Shown here one piece after another: positions 26,789 to 34,686 of a stretch of DNA of 64,000 bases. Location of the stretch: the NCBI GenBank assembly GCA_020773975.1, contig GCA_020773975.1_3638.1. One strand, written 5' to 3'. Every line of letters starts with the position of its first letter. The first letter of the stretch is position 1. The notes beneath the pieces were generated by a model, which was not told the origin of the DNA, ran no database searches, and was given only the letters and a program-made list of their open reading frames with translations. The translations under genes were made by a program, and so were the position numbers. The stretch is from a phage.

Positions 26789-28504
26789 ATGCTTCACAAA
26801 GAAAGTCCATTGCTGTTTGCAGATTTTTATAAACCAAGTCACATCTCGATGTACGACAAACGTTCACAGTTTGTTCAAGACAACATGACACCACGCAATG
26901 CGAAACACTTTGTACACTTTGCAGATGATGACCATCGTGTGATGTTTGCTGGTCTTCAGGGATTTATCAAGTGGTTCCTGATTGACATGTTTAATAATAA
27001 TTTCTTTGCTTTACCGAAAGAAAAGGCGATTCAGGATTACAAAGAGATTTGTGATTTGAGCATTGGGAAGGATGCTGTTGAAACTTGGGGTTTTGAGAGA
27101 TTGCATGATCTTGGCTATCTCCCAATTGAAATTAGAGCCTTGCCTGAAGGAACTCTTGTTCCTGTTCAGGTTCCTATGTTCACGATTCAGAATACGCACC
27201 CTGATTTTTACTGGCTGCCAAACTTCCTTGAGAGCGTGATCTCCTCGGAGACTTGGAAGACAATTACCACGGCAACGACTTTCTGGCAATACCGTAAACT
27301 ATCAGAACTGTGGGCAAAGAAAACATGTGATAACAACGATCACGTTCCTTTCCAGAACCATTGTTTTGCATACCGTGGTGAAGCTGGAACACATGACGCA
27401 GCACAGAGCGAATTTGGGCAACTGATTAGCTCAATGGGCACAGATACAATTCCAGCGATTGTTTACGCAAATCGCTATTACAACATGAAAGGTCGCTTTG
27501 TTGCTGGGTCTATTCCCGCATCTGAGCATAGCGTAGCGACAACGAACATTGGTTTTATTGTTGAGCGTATCCAGCAGGAAAATCCTGATATGTCGCTTGC
27601 TGAAGTACGTTTTCGTGCTGAAGTTGAGTTCTTAAAGCGTTATGCAACAGAGATTTTTCCGTCAGGCTATGCTTCATACGTCGCAGACAGCTATGATTTT
27701 TGGGCAATCATTACACAGGCAGCCAAAATCCTGAAAGATGAGATTATGTCTCGTGATGGCAAGCTGGTCTTTCGACCGGACAGTGGGATCCCAGAGCACA
27801 TTATTGCTGGCTATCGTGTGTGCTCCCAGGAAGAATGGGCAACTGGTCAGTGCTGTGATATGGATGCTGTGCTGTTTAAAAATGGCAAATATGTCACTCT
27901 GCACGAGATGTCCAGAGACACTTCCTGGATGCGAGATTCGGAAGGAAACCTCGTAGATTGGAAATCTTTGACAGGTGATGAGTTTACAAATTATCTGACC
28001 AAAGAGGAGGTTAAGGGTGCTGTACAATGCTTGTGGGAAATCTTTGGTGGTAGTGTAAACTCTTTGGGTTACAAAGTTCTTGATAGCCATGTTGGTTTAA
28101 TCTACGGAGACTCTATCACAATCTCTCGTGCTAAAGAGATCTTTGAGCGCCTTGAAGAACGAGGCTTTGCTTCCAGCAACATTGTGTTTGGTGTAGGATC
28201 TTATACAACGCAATATACAACTCGTGATTCTCTTGGGATGGCTGTAAAAGCTACTGGTGCTGTGATTGATGGCAGACAAGTAATGGTTGTAAAAGAGCCT
28301 AAGACTGATCTTGGGAAGAAATCTGCGAAAGGTTTTGTTAAAGTTATTCGTGGTGATGATGGTGAGTTGAAGCTGGTAGATAATCTTGGTATTAATCAGG
28401 TATCTGACCCTGATAACGAGCTTAGAACAGTTTTTGTTAATGGTAAGCTGCTTGTGGATGAGGATCTTGAAGAAATTCGCCAAAGAGCTTTGTCACAGCT
28501 TTAA
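26789..28504 (+). CDS. Nicotinamide phosphoribosyltransferase (NAMPT) family protein; candidate nicotinamide ADP-ribose transferase
   Basis: 571 aa with type II phosphoribosyltransferase features; directly downstream of the Prs-like gene. Confidence 0.6.
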   Translation: MLHKESPLLFADFYKPSHISMYDKRSQFVQDNMTPRNAKHFVHFADDDHRVMFAGLQGFIKWFLIDMFNNNFFALPKEKAIQDYKEICDLSIGKDAVETWGFERLHDLGYLPIEIRALPEGTLVPVQVPMFTIQNTHPDFYWLPNFLESVISSETWKTITTATTFWQYRKLSELWAKKTCDNNDHVPFQNHCFAYRGEAGTHDAAQSEFGQLISSMGTDTIPAIVYANRYYNMKGRFVAGSIPASEHSVATTNIGFIVERIQQENPDMSLAEVRFRAEVEFLKRYATEIFPSGYASYVADSYDFWAIITQAAKILKDEIMSRDGKLVFRPDSGIPEHIIAGYRVCSQEEWATGQCCDMDAVLFKNGKYVTLHEMSRDTSWMRDSEGNLVDWKSLTGDEFTNYLTKEEVKGAVQCLWEIFGGSVNSLGYKVLDSHVGLIYGDSITISRAKEIFERLEERGFASSNIVFGVGSYTTQYTTRDSLGMAVKATGAVIDGRQVMVVKEPKTDLGKKSAKGFVKVIRGDDGELKLVDNLGINQVSDPDNELRTVFVNGKLLVDEDLEEIRQRALSQL

Positions 28505-28517
28505 CAGCATAATCATT

Positions 28518-28541
28518 CCCCTCCGTGCGGAGGGGTTTTTC
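28518..28541 (+). terminator. Rho-independent terminator
   Basis: ccctccg-tg-cggaggg hairpin followed by ttttt. Confidence 0.55.
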
Positions 28542-28558
28542 ATCTCTAGGAGAGCGTT

Positions 28559-28765
28559 TTGAGAAATTTCGTAGTGAAGCACGACAGAAACCGTGCATCA
28601 GTCCACACGGACATGAAAAAAGCGTGGGAGCCAGATATCCTTGACGGGCTAGAAGAACATTACATCGAAGTCGGTCTTTGCAAGGATGCATCCTGTGACC
28701 TTTCCCCTCATGAGATTGCAGTAGCAGAATACGAGCGTGGTGTCAAGGCTTCTGGAATAGTTTAA
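28559..28765 (+). CDS. Hypothetical small protein
   Basis: ORF only. Confidence 0.3.
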   Translation: MRNFVVKHDRNRASVHTDMKKAWEPDILDGLEEHYIEVGLCKDASCDLSPHEIAVAEYERGVKASGIV

Positions 28766-28833
28766 TTGACAAAAATAAACACCACTGATAAGATCTAATA
28801 ACAAGATAAAAATAAAGTTAGTGGTGATTTGTT

Positions 28834-29082
28834 ATGTTTAAATTAAAAATGGTTCTTAAGTCTGATAACGGGGAGTACGTAGAACATGAGTCTTTTCATA
28901 AAACACATGATGATGCGCTTGAAGAAGCGGATGATGTCGCTTTTTCTACAACTGGTTTTGGAATTGAATCCTGGAAATATATTGCATCGTTCGGTGAAGA
29001 AGGCGGGTTATATTATTTCTACCCCATCGAAGGGATTAGTACAACAAAGTACGTTATCAGGATCCTTAGAACAACCGTATAA
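28834..29082 (+). CDS. Hypothetical small protein
   Basis: ORF; an alternative overlapping frame exists at 28886..29143. Confidence 0.25.
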   Translation: MFKLKMVLKSDNGEYVEHESFHKTHDDALEEADDVAFSTTGFGIESWKYIASFGEEGGLYYFYPIEGISTTKYVIRILRTTV

Positions 29083-29415
29083 AAATCGTAAACAAAGACG
29101 TGCAGAAGCTGCAATGAAAAGATCGCGGAGAAAAGCAAGATGACCAAAACGTATACTGAAGAGACGCATAGACAAGTTGAGTTGTTGCTTTGTAGATTAC
29201 AACAATGCATTGACAGAGTTCGTATTTTACGTTTTGAGTTTGAAAATAATATCTCTTAATGTGAGGAATGTATGAAAAAAGGTATTGATTTTGAAAAAGA
29301 AGTTGGTTTCGGGGAAGGGTGTCATCAAGAAGAAAACTGGGATGTATGAAATTTTAAAATATCTCTTGACAATGTAGATCATACAGGATAACATCATCTC
29401 ATACCAAAGAGATAC

Positions 29416-29488
29416 GGCCCCTTAGCTCAGTGGTTAGAGCAGGTGACTCATAATCGCTTGGTCGCTGGTTCAAGTCCAGCAGGGGCCA
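29416..29488 (+). tRNA. tRNA-Met (anticodon CAT; could be initiator, elongator or lysidine-modified Ile2)
   Basis: Cloverleaf by eye: acceptor ggcccct/aggggcc, anticodon loop cuCAUaa, T-loop ttcaagt, 3' CCA encoded. Confidence 0.75.
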
Positions 29489-29543
29489 CCAAATGTGGCA
29501 CACGAAATAAACTAGGTTTATTGTTTTCGGAGGAGAAAACTTA

Positions 29544-29867
29544 ATGGCTAAGAAACAGTCTGCTAAAAAGGTATCAGCTATCGAGGCGATCAAGCAACCT
29601 TTTCAGTTTGAATCAAAATCCACGCAGACACATTCTGCACCGCACGATGTGCGTCTTGGTGGCAAAACGCAAACTGTAGCAGTTCTGAAAAAACGCAAAG
29701 ATGAAGACGGTAATACTGAAATGTATTATGAATCTGTGTCTCGTGTCATTGGTGGTGAAGTGATTTCTGCTTCCTATCGTATCCGTACTGGGAAAACAAA
29801 GCGTGAACGAGAAGTGAAACAGAAAACAAGCACTCCTGTAGAAAACGTTAAGAAAACTAAAAAATAA
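29544..29867 (+). CDS. Hypothetical basic protein
   Basis: ORF with RBS; lysine-rich. Confidence 0.35.
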   Translation: MAKKQSAKKVSAIEAIKQPFQFESKSTQTHSAPHDVRLGGKTQTVAVLKKRKDEDGNTEMYYESVSRVIGGEVISASYRIRTGKTKREREVKQKTSTPVENVKKTKK

Positions 29868-29943
29868 TTTACTGACGAGAGTGCCACCGTGAGCCAGCGT
29901 CATTAAACAAAGGGAATCACGGACATTCAGGAGGGTTGAGATT

Positions 29944-30138
29944 ATGATAGGATCTTTGCTTAAGATTGCAAGCGATGTAACAACAACGGCTGTTGAAGTG
30001 ACTGCTGCGGTAACAACTCCGTTTGTTGATTTAGCATCAGATGCTATAGCAGCAGCAGCAGACGAGATGATTTTGTCACCGACATCTGATCTTGTCCAAG
30101 ATCTTTGTGATTCTATAAAAGATGCTGTAAAAGATTAA
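29944..30138 (+). CDS. Hypothetical small protein
   Basis: ORF only. Confidence 0.3.
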   Translation: MIGSLLKIASDVTTTAVEVTAAVTTPFVDLASDAIAAAADEMILSPTSDLVQDLCDSIKDAVKD

Positions 30139-30211
30139 AATTTTTCTTGACATAGTTTTTGTTTTTCTGTATAGTTACTTTATCAAAGCTAATTTACATA
30201 TGAGAGATTGA

Positions 30212-30859
30212 ATGTCTACTAAGATTTCCGTAACTCGTGCACTTGCTTCTATCTCTAAGATTGAAGATAAGATCAATAAGCGTATTTATAACCTTGAATG
30301 TATTAAGATTGCAAAAGGAACTGAGAATAATTGTAAGATTCCTGGTTATATCGGCTCTGTTGATGATTTTAAGAAATCTGCGATCAACGACTATCAAAGT
30401 CTGCAAGACCTCTTGGCAGTTCGCGATGAACTGAAGGCAAAAATTGTCAAGTCTAATGCTGAGACAATTGTCAAAATTGGTAAGGTGTCTATGACAGTTG
30501 CTGAGGCAATCGAACGCAAACGGACGATTTGCTTTAAACAAGAGTTGTTAAACAAACTTTGTGCACAGCGTGCTTCTGCACAGCTTCTTCTGGCAAAAGA
30601 AGAAAAATCTCTGGAAGATAAACTTGAAAATGCCAGAGCGCCATATATCCAACGTGATAAAGCGCCAGATGCAGAGCAGATTAAGACTGTGGAAGCTCCC
30701 ATTCGAATGATGAACACACCATCGGTTGTGGATCCTCTTGAACTGGCTTCTAAGATTCGTTCTCTTGAAGAAGAGATTGAAGATTTCTTGTCTAACGTTG
30801 ATTTTGCGTTGTCTGAGTCAAACGCTAAGACAGAAATTGAGATTGAGCACTCTCTCTAA
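30212..30859 (+). CDS. Hypothetical protein (coiled-coil)
   Basis: ORF only. Confidence 0.35.
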   Translation: MSTKISVTRALASISKIEDKINKRIYNLECIKIAKGTENNCKIPGYIGSVDDFKKSAINDYQSLQDLLAVRDELKAKIVKSNAETIVKIGKVSMTVAEAIERKRTICFKQELLNKLCAQRASAQLLLAKEEKSLEDKLENARAPYIQRDKAPDAEQIKTVEAPIRMMNTPSVVDPLELASKIRSLEEEIEDFLSNVDFALSESNAKTEIEIEHSL

Positions 30860-31224
30860 AAGGCTCTGATAATATCATTATCGTTCCTTTGTTTTGAAAT
30901 TTAAAACATTGCTTTTGATTAACGAAGTTTACATCATCTTGCCTCCTGGGGATTGGAGGTTAAATATTCCCCACCATGTATCGTATATGTATGAGGATAA
31001 TACAGGACATAGATGCAGCGAGGCACACTAAGATGCCTTGTTGTTTCTACTAAGTAAAAGTTCATACAATAAAGGTCAATGGTCAAATGTAAAAGATGAA
31101 ACTTGAAAGTTAATTCTTGAAAGATAAAATTTCGTTTATCATCTGAAATCCTTGGCACAGGTTATGGCTCACAAGATATGGTCTGTAAAGCCTCAAGGCT
31201 GTTAATCGGAAGCAATGTCTTATT

Positions 31225-31296
31225 GCTCGTATAGCTCAACGGTAGAGCACCTGCCTTGTAAGCAGGGGGTTGCAGGTTCGAAACCTGCTGCGAGCA
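31225..31296 (+). tRNA. tRNA-Thr (anticodon TGT)
   Basis: Anticodon loop cuUGUaa, T-loop ttcgaaa, CCA encoded. Confidence 0.7.
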
Positions 31297-31301
31297 CCAA
31301 T

Positions 31302-31398
31302 GCTGGGTAAGCCCCTTGGCAAGGGCGAGGATTTATAATCCTGAAAATAGACGGGCTAGCCGTTGAATACATAGGTGGTTCGATTCCATCGCCCAGCT
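31302..31398 (+). tRNA. Atypical tRNA-like gene (~97 nt; canonical acceptor and T-arm, anticodon not confidently assignable)
   Basis: Acceptor gctgggt/gcccagc and T-arm ggtgg-ttcgatt-ccatc are canonical; the central region holds the palindrome aggatt-TAT-aatcct and a hairpin acgg-gctag-ccgt. Confidence 0.35.
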
Positions 31399-31598
31399 AC
31401 AAGTTTGTTTTATAGTGTATTAGCTTATATTATTCGATATAAATGCCTGATCAGCATTTGTTGGGAATGAGGCATACAATGCGTGAGAAAGCTATCGGTG
31501 CGCAACGTTGATTTCAAACGTATTCATGCTCGTAGAGCACCAACTGTGGAAGTTGGGGTGAGGTTGAGTAACCATACACTATAAAGCATTCTTATTCT

Positions 31599-31672
31599 CG
31601 GGGTGTAGCTCAGTTGGATAGAGCAGCGGCCTTCTAAGCCGTAGGTCACAGGTTCGAATCCTGTCTCCTCGA
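31599..31672 (+). tRNA. tRNA-Arg (anticodon TCT)
   Basis: D-arm tagctcagttggatagagca, anticodon loop cuUCUaa, T-loop ttcgaat, CCA encoded. Confidence 0.7.
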
Positions 31673-31751
31673 CCAGATTAACCCCAACTTGAGAATCGTC
31701 AGCGCGGCTCGTAAGACCCACTCTATAGGTTCTCTACTCGGGGTACTTATT

Positions 31752-31825
31752 GCACGGTTGCCGGAATTTGGTTACGGGTCTGTCTGCAAAACGGATATAT
31801 GTCGGTTCAAGTCCGACACCGTGCT
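31752..31825 (+). tRNA. tRNA-Cys (anticodon GCA)
   Basis: Acceptor gcacggt/accgtgc, anticodon loop cuGCAaa, T-loop ttcaagt, CCA encoded. Confidence 0.6.
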
Positions 31826-31865
31826 CCAAACTTTCAATTTCTTGGTAAATATGTTAAAATACCAC

Positions 31866-31894
31866 TTGACAGATATGTTTTTATTTGATAATAT
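31866..31894 (+). promoter_or_regulatory. Sigma70-like promoter (TTGACA-17-TAATAT)
   Basis: Near-consensus hexamers with 17 bp spacer ~20 nt upstream of the RBS/ATG at 31914. Confidence 0.55.
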
Positions 31895-31913
31895 CATTAA
31901 GTGGGGTTTTAAA

Positions 31914-32261
31914 ATGGCTACCAAGCAGCTTACAAAACGTAGAAGAGGAAAAGGTCGTCCTCTGAAAGAGGAATCTAATGCAATTCAGTTAGAGAAAAAT
32001 ATCCTAGATTTGAAAACGAATCTGATTGCAATGATTCCTGAAGCTCATCAGGTTCTTAGGGATTTGATGAAGAATGTGAATACAAAAGACAATATCAGAG
32101 AAAATATCGCTCGTTATGTTATTGAGAAAGGTGAGCAGATGCTTTCTGATTACTTTGATGAGGAAAACGAAGAGTTACTCGAAAAAGATAACTCAGAAAA
32201 AGCTCCTATTAAGGCAGCTAAACCATTCTCGACGGATATTGTTCAATTCAAACAAGGTTAA
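31914..32261 (+). CDS. Hypothetical basic protein (115 aa) inside the tRNA array
   Basis: ATG with upstream promoter; the longer ORF-track start at 31689 overlaps tRNA-Cys and is rejected. Confidence 0.4.
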   Translation: MATKQLTKRRRGKGRPLKEESNAIQLEKNILDLKTNLIAMIPEAHQVLRDLMKNVNTKDNIRENIARYVIEKGEQMLSDYFDEENEELLEKDNSEKAPIKAAKPFSTDIVQFKQG

Positions 32262-32262
32262 T

Positions 32263-32349
32263 GTGTCGTTAGACCGTAGGGGTAGCTGGGGAGACTGTAA
32301 ATCTCCTGTCTCGAAAGGGACTCGGGTAGTTCGACTCTATCACGGCACA
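32263..32349 (+). tRNA. tRNA-Tyr (anticodon GTA), class II with long variable arm
   Basis: Anticodon arm ggaga-cuGUAaa-tctcc, variable arm, T-loop ttcgact, CCA encoded. Confidence 0.65.
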
Positions 32350-32420
32350 CCAACTGAATCTGTACTGGCTTTGATGTGTGACGATACCCTCCAATCGTGG
32401 TTGTTGGGCCAGTACAGTTT

Positions 32421-32493
32421 GGGAGTGTAGATCAGTTAGTAGATCGCTCGACCGATAATCGAGAGGACGTAGGGGCAGAGCCTACCACTCCCA
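32421..32493 (+). tRNA. tRNA-like, apparent anticodon GAT (Ile), with non-canonical T-loop (possible pseudo-tRNA)
   Basis: Acceptor gggagtg/cactccc, anticodon arm ctcga-ccGAUaa-tcgag (C33), T-arm gtagg-GGCAGAG-cctac lacks the TTCRA consensus. Confidence 0.4.
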
Positions 32494-32501
32494 CCAAATA
32501 T

Positions 32502-32573
32502 GCATCCATAGTTTAATTGGGAAAACTACAGCCTTCCAAGCTGAAGTCGAGGGTTCGATACCCTCTGGATGCT
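32502..32573 (+). tRNA. tRNA-Gly (anticodon TCC)
   Basis: Acceptor gcatcca/tggatgc, anticodon loop cuUCCaa, T-loop ttcgata, CCA encoded. Confidence 0.65.
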
Positions 32574-32687
32574 CCAGTTAAAAGATGTCAATGAAATCCG
32601 CTTGGGTCAACTGAAGACCGTAACAAATTCCATGGTGTTGTGTTTGCGGTCCAACACCAGACATCTTCTATCTATGTACAGGCTTGA

Positions 32688-33251
32688 GTGCGTATGAGAT
32701 ACTTGAAATATTTATCGTGGATTCTGTTAGCACCTCTTGACCCAATTATGTCGGTTCTATGTGTTATTCTGGCTCCTTTTGTTGTTCCGTTCTATAATGA
32801 GAAGACAGGGCATCTACCTTATATTTTCAGGTGGATGGAAACATATGATAATCCTATAGATGGTGACAGAGGACACATAGAGAGATGGGAAGAAGTCCGT
32901 AAAATAGGAAGTTTTGGTGTTTACCTACAACGAGTTGCTTGGTTGTGGAGAAATAAAGCCTACAATTTTTCCTATCACGTACTTGGACGTGAAATCACAT
33001 CTGTGACAAAGTGGAAAGGAAACATCCATGTAAGCTCTGATGTGGAGGATAATCAACAAGGCTATTTGTTGATGTGGAATGACAATGCGTGGGGTGTATT
33101 CGCGTTTGTCCCGTCTTTTAGATTGTTTGGAAAACAATTTTACTGGCGAATTTATGTCGGTTGGAAACTGAAGAGTGTGGTTCCTGAAGACAGAGCTTTT
33201 TCAAGAGAGAGAGTGATGTTGGCATTTTTCATAAGTCCTTTCCGAAAATAG
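32688..33251 (+). CDS. Hypothetical membrane protein inside the tRNA array
   Basis: N-terminal hydrophobic helices (LSWILLAPLDPIMSVLCVILAPFVVPF); 187 aa. Confidence 0.4.
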   Translation: MRMRYLKYLSWILLAPLDPIMSVLCVILAPFVVPFYNEKTGHLPYIFRWMETYDNPIDGDRGHIERWEEVRKIGSFGVYLQRVAWLWRNKAYNFSYHVLGREITSVTKWKGNIHVSSDVEDNQQGYLLMWNDNAWGVFAFVPSFRLFGKQFYWRIYVGWKLKSVVPEDRAFSRERVMLAFFISPFRK

Positions 33252-33256
33252 TTTTT

Positions 33257-33336
33257 AATGAGAGTAGCGTAACTTCACTGGGTGAAGGCTGGCCTCCAAA
33301 ACCAGTGACTAAGAGGTTCGATTCCTCACTCTCGTG
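33257..33336 (+). tRNA. Non-canonical tRNA-like gene with apparent 8-bp acceptor / 4-bp T-stem, 6-bp D-stem; possible anticodon CCA
   Basis: Hand fold: acceptor atgagagt/actctcgt, D hairpin cttcac-tgg-gtgaag, anticodon arm gctgg(c)-cuCCAaa-(a)ccagt, T-arm gagg-ttcgatt-cctc. No CCA encoded. Confidence 0.35.
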
Positions 33337-33340
33337 CAAA

Positions 33341-33413
33341 AGGGGATTAGCATAGTGGCCTAATGCAACGGGCTTTGACCCCGTGATCGGTTGTTCGAAT
33401 CAACCATCCCCTG
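33341..33413 (+). tRNA. tRNA-Gln (anticodon TTG)
   Basis: Acceptor aggggat/atcccct, anticodon arm acggg-cuUUGac-cccgt, T-loop ttcgaat, CCA encoded. Confidence 0.7.
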
Positions 33414-33425
33414 CCAAGTTAAAAC

Positions 33426-33512
33426 GGAGAAGCAAATCGATTGGCGACGAAAACACATTGGAAATGTGCTGACTGGTAAAACGGATTGAGAGTTCGATTC
33501 TCTCCTTCTCCG
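33426..33512 (+). tRNA. tRNA-Ser (anticodon GGA), class II
   Basis: Acceptor ggagaag/cttctcc, anticodon loop uuGGAaa, long variable region, T-arm gagag-ttcgatt-ctctc, G73, CCA encoded. Confidence 0.6.
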
Positions 33513-33549
33513 CCAGTTTTTAATTACTAAGGTATTGGAAGATTAACCC

Positions 33550-33627
33550 TAATTTGGTAAGGGGTCTCCCTGCTGAGGAGATAGTAACCCAGAAATGGGT
33601 GTGACAGTTCGATTCTGTCAGCCTCCT
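33550..33627 (+). tRNA. tRNA-like element with canonical T-arm, acceptor 3' strand and CCA but non-canonical 5' half (GNRA hairpin where the anticodon arm should be)
   Basis: T-arm gacag-ttcgatt-ctgtc, then agcctcc-t-cca; upstream hairpin accca-GAAA-tgggt. The 5' boundary is uncertain. Confidence 0.3.
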
Positions 33628-33857
33628 CCAAGTTATCTTTAATGTAGCTTGTTATTCTTACTTTAGCAGAGTAAATCTTCGGCAAGTGGCGGTAACCACT
33701 TTACCGATACCCCAGAGCAGTCCGCTCTTTACTGGCGTAAGTCAAACACTCATGATGGTCATGTAATCGTAATCTATCATTAGTGTGCCCTCCCTAGAGG
33801 GCTGTTGCGTATAGCTAATTATGTGCGAGTAATTAGCTATTTTAAAGATAATTTAAA

Positions 33858-33931
33858 GGATCTGTAGCCAAATGGTTTAAGGCACTCGACTTTTAATCGA
33901 GGGATTGTTAGTTCGAATCTAACCAGATCCA
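33858..33931 (+). tRNA. tRNA-Lys (anticodon TTT)
   Basis: Acceptor ggatctg/cagatcc, anticodon arm ctcga-cuUUUaa-tcgag, T-loop ttcgaat, CCA encoded. Confidence 0.75.
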
Positions 33932-33953
33932 CCAAAATATTCTGGTTCTTTGA

Positions 33954-34041
33954 CCGAGTGGTCGATGGTGACGGCCTGTTAAGCCGTTGGGAGGAATCTC
34001 CCCACCGAAGGTTCGAATCCTTCAGGAACCGCCAATTCTTG
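33954..34041 (+). tRNA. Class II (Ser-like, long variable arm, G73) tRNA carrying apparent anticodon GTT (Asn codons)
   Basis: Acceptor ggttctt/aggaacc, D-arm acc-gagtggtcgat-ggt, anticodon arm acggc-cuGUUaa-gccgt, variable hairpin gggag-gaat-ctccc, T-arm gaagg-ttcgaat-ccttc, G73, CCA encoded. Confidence 0.5.
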
Positions 34042-34120
34042 ACTTAATCAAGTCACAGATATCACCTAGCCAGCGATACCAGTTAGTAGATTCTGGGACA
34101 ATTAAAATCTACATCTCTCT

Positions 34121-34195
34121 CTGTCCGTAGCGCAGCTTGGGTAGCGCGGGTCACTTGGGATGATCAGGTCGTTGGTTCAAATCCAACCGGACAGA
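34121..34195 (+). tRNA. tRNA-Pro (anticodon TGG)
   Basis: D-arm gcgc-agcttgggta-gcgc, anticodon arm ggtca-cuUGGga-tgatc, T-loop ttcaaat, CCA encoded. Confidence 0.7.
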
Positions 34196-34240
34196 CCAAC
34201 AAACATATACATATCAAAGCAGAAATGTACAGAGGATACC

Positions 34241-34432
34241 ATGTTAACAGTTAAAGTCGTATCTCCAAATGATGAACAAATTTTTTGTGGCAAAATTGTT
34301 GGGTATTGTGCTCATCAAAAGTCTATAGCTATTTCAGGTATTGACCAAAAAGTGTTTTTGTCTGAGGATCAGACAGCTTATGTTATCAATGCCAATGGGA
34401 AAACTATTTCTGTGTATCGTGGAAAACCATAA
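34241..34432 (+). CDS. Hypothetical small protein (63 aa)
   Basis: ATG with SD agagga; the longer ORF-track start overlaps tRNA-Pro and is rejected. Confidence 0.35.
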   Translation: MLTVKVVSPNDEQIFCGKIVGYCAHQKSIAISGIDQKVFLSEDQTAYVINANGKTISVYRGKP

Positions 34433-34446
34433 CTGTTGATATAAAT

Positions 34447-34520
34447 GGGCGATTGATGGAATTGGTATACATGTCAGGCTTAGAACCTGAATTTTGGGGG
34501 TTCGAGTCCCTCATCGCCTA
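34447..34520 (+). tRNA. Class I tRNA with apparent anticodon TAG (Leu codon CUA) but no long variable arm; A73
   Basis: Acceptor gggcgat/atcgcct, anticodon arm tcagg-cuUAGaa-cctga, 5-nt variable loop, T-arm ggggg-ttcgagt-ccctc, CCA encoded. Confidence 0.5.
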
Positions 34521-34528
34521 CCAATCAT

Positions 34529-34601
34529 GTGACGGTAACTCAGTTGGTAGAGTGCCTTGCTGAAGACTAGGTGGTCACAGGTTCGAACCCTGTCCGTCAC
34601 A
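34529..34601 (+). tRNA. tRNA-Phe (anticodon GAA)
   Basis: Acceptor gtgacgg/ccgtcac, D-arm actc-agttggta-gagt, anticodon loop cuGAAga, T-loop ttcgaac, CCA encoded. Confidence 0.7.
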
Positions 34602-34610
34602 CCAAATTAT

Positions 34611-34686
34611 TGCAGAGTGGTGGAAATGGATTTACCATGTTAGGTTCATACCCTGAAGATTGCAGGTTCGACTCCTGCCTCTGCAT
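34611..34686 (+). tRNA. Second CAT-anticodon tRNA (Met or Ile2)
   Basis: Acceptor tgcagag/ctctgca, anticodon arm ttagg-uuCAUac-cctga, T-loop ttcgact, CCA encoded. Confidence 0.6.

Noticed and set aside
31524-31721. Minus-strand ORF (65 aa) containing TGFEPVT and LSYTP
   Set aside because: It is the antisense translation of tRNA genes (tRNA-Arg region), a classic artefact; no independent coding support.
32583-32672. Possible additional tRNA between tRNA-Gly and the membrane-protein gene
   Set aside because: Flanking 7-bp complementarity (agatgtc/gacatct) and an internal hairpin exist, but no recognisable D-, anticodon- or T-arm could be built by hand; left uncalled.
34160-34240. Upstream extension of ORF 34160..34432 (and likewise 31689..31913 of ORF 31689..32261)
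   Set aside because: The extensions overlap tRNA-Pro and tRNA-Cys respectively; internal ATGs with RBS (34241, 31914) give the plausible proteins.
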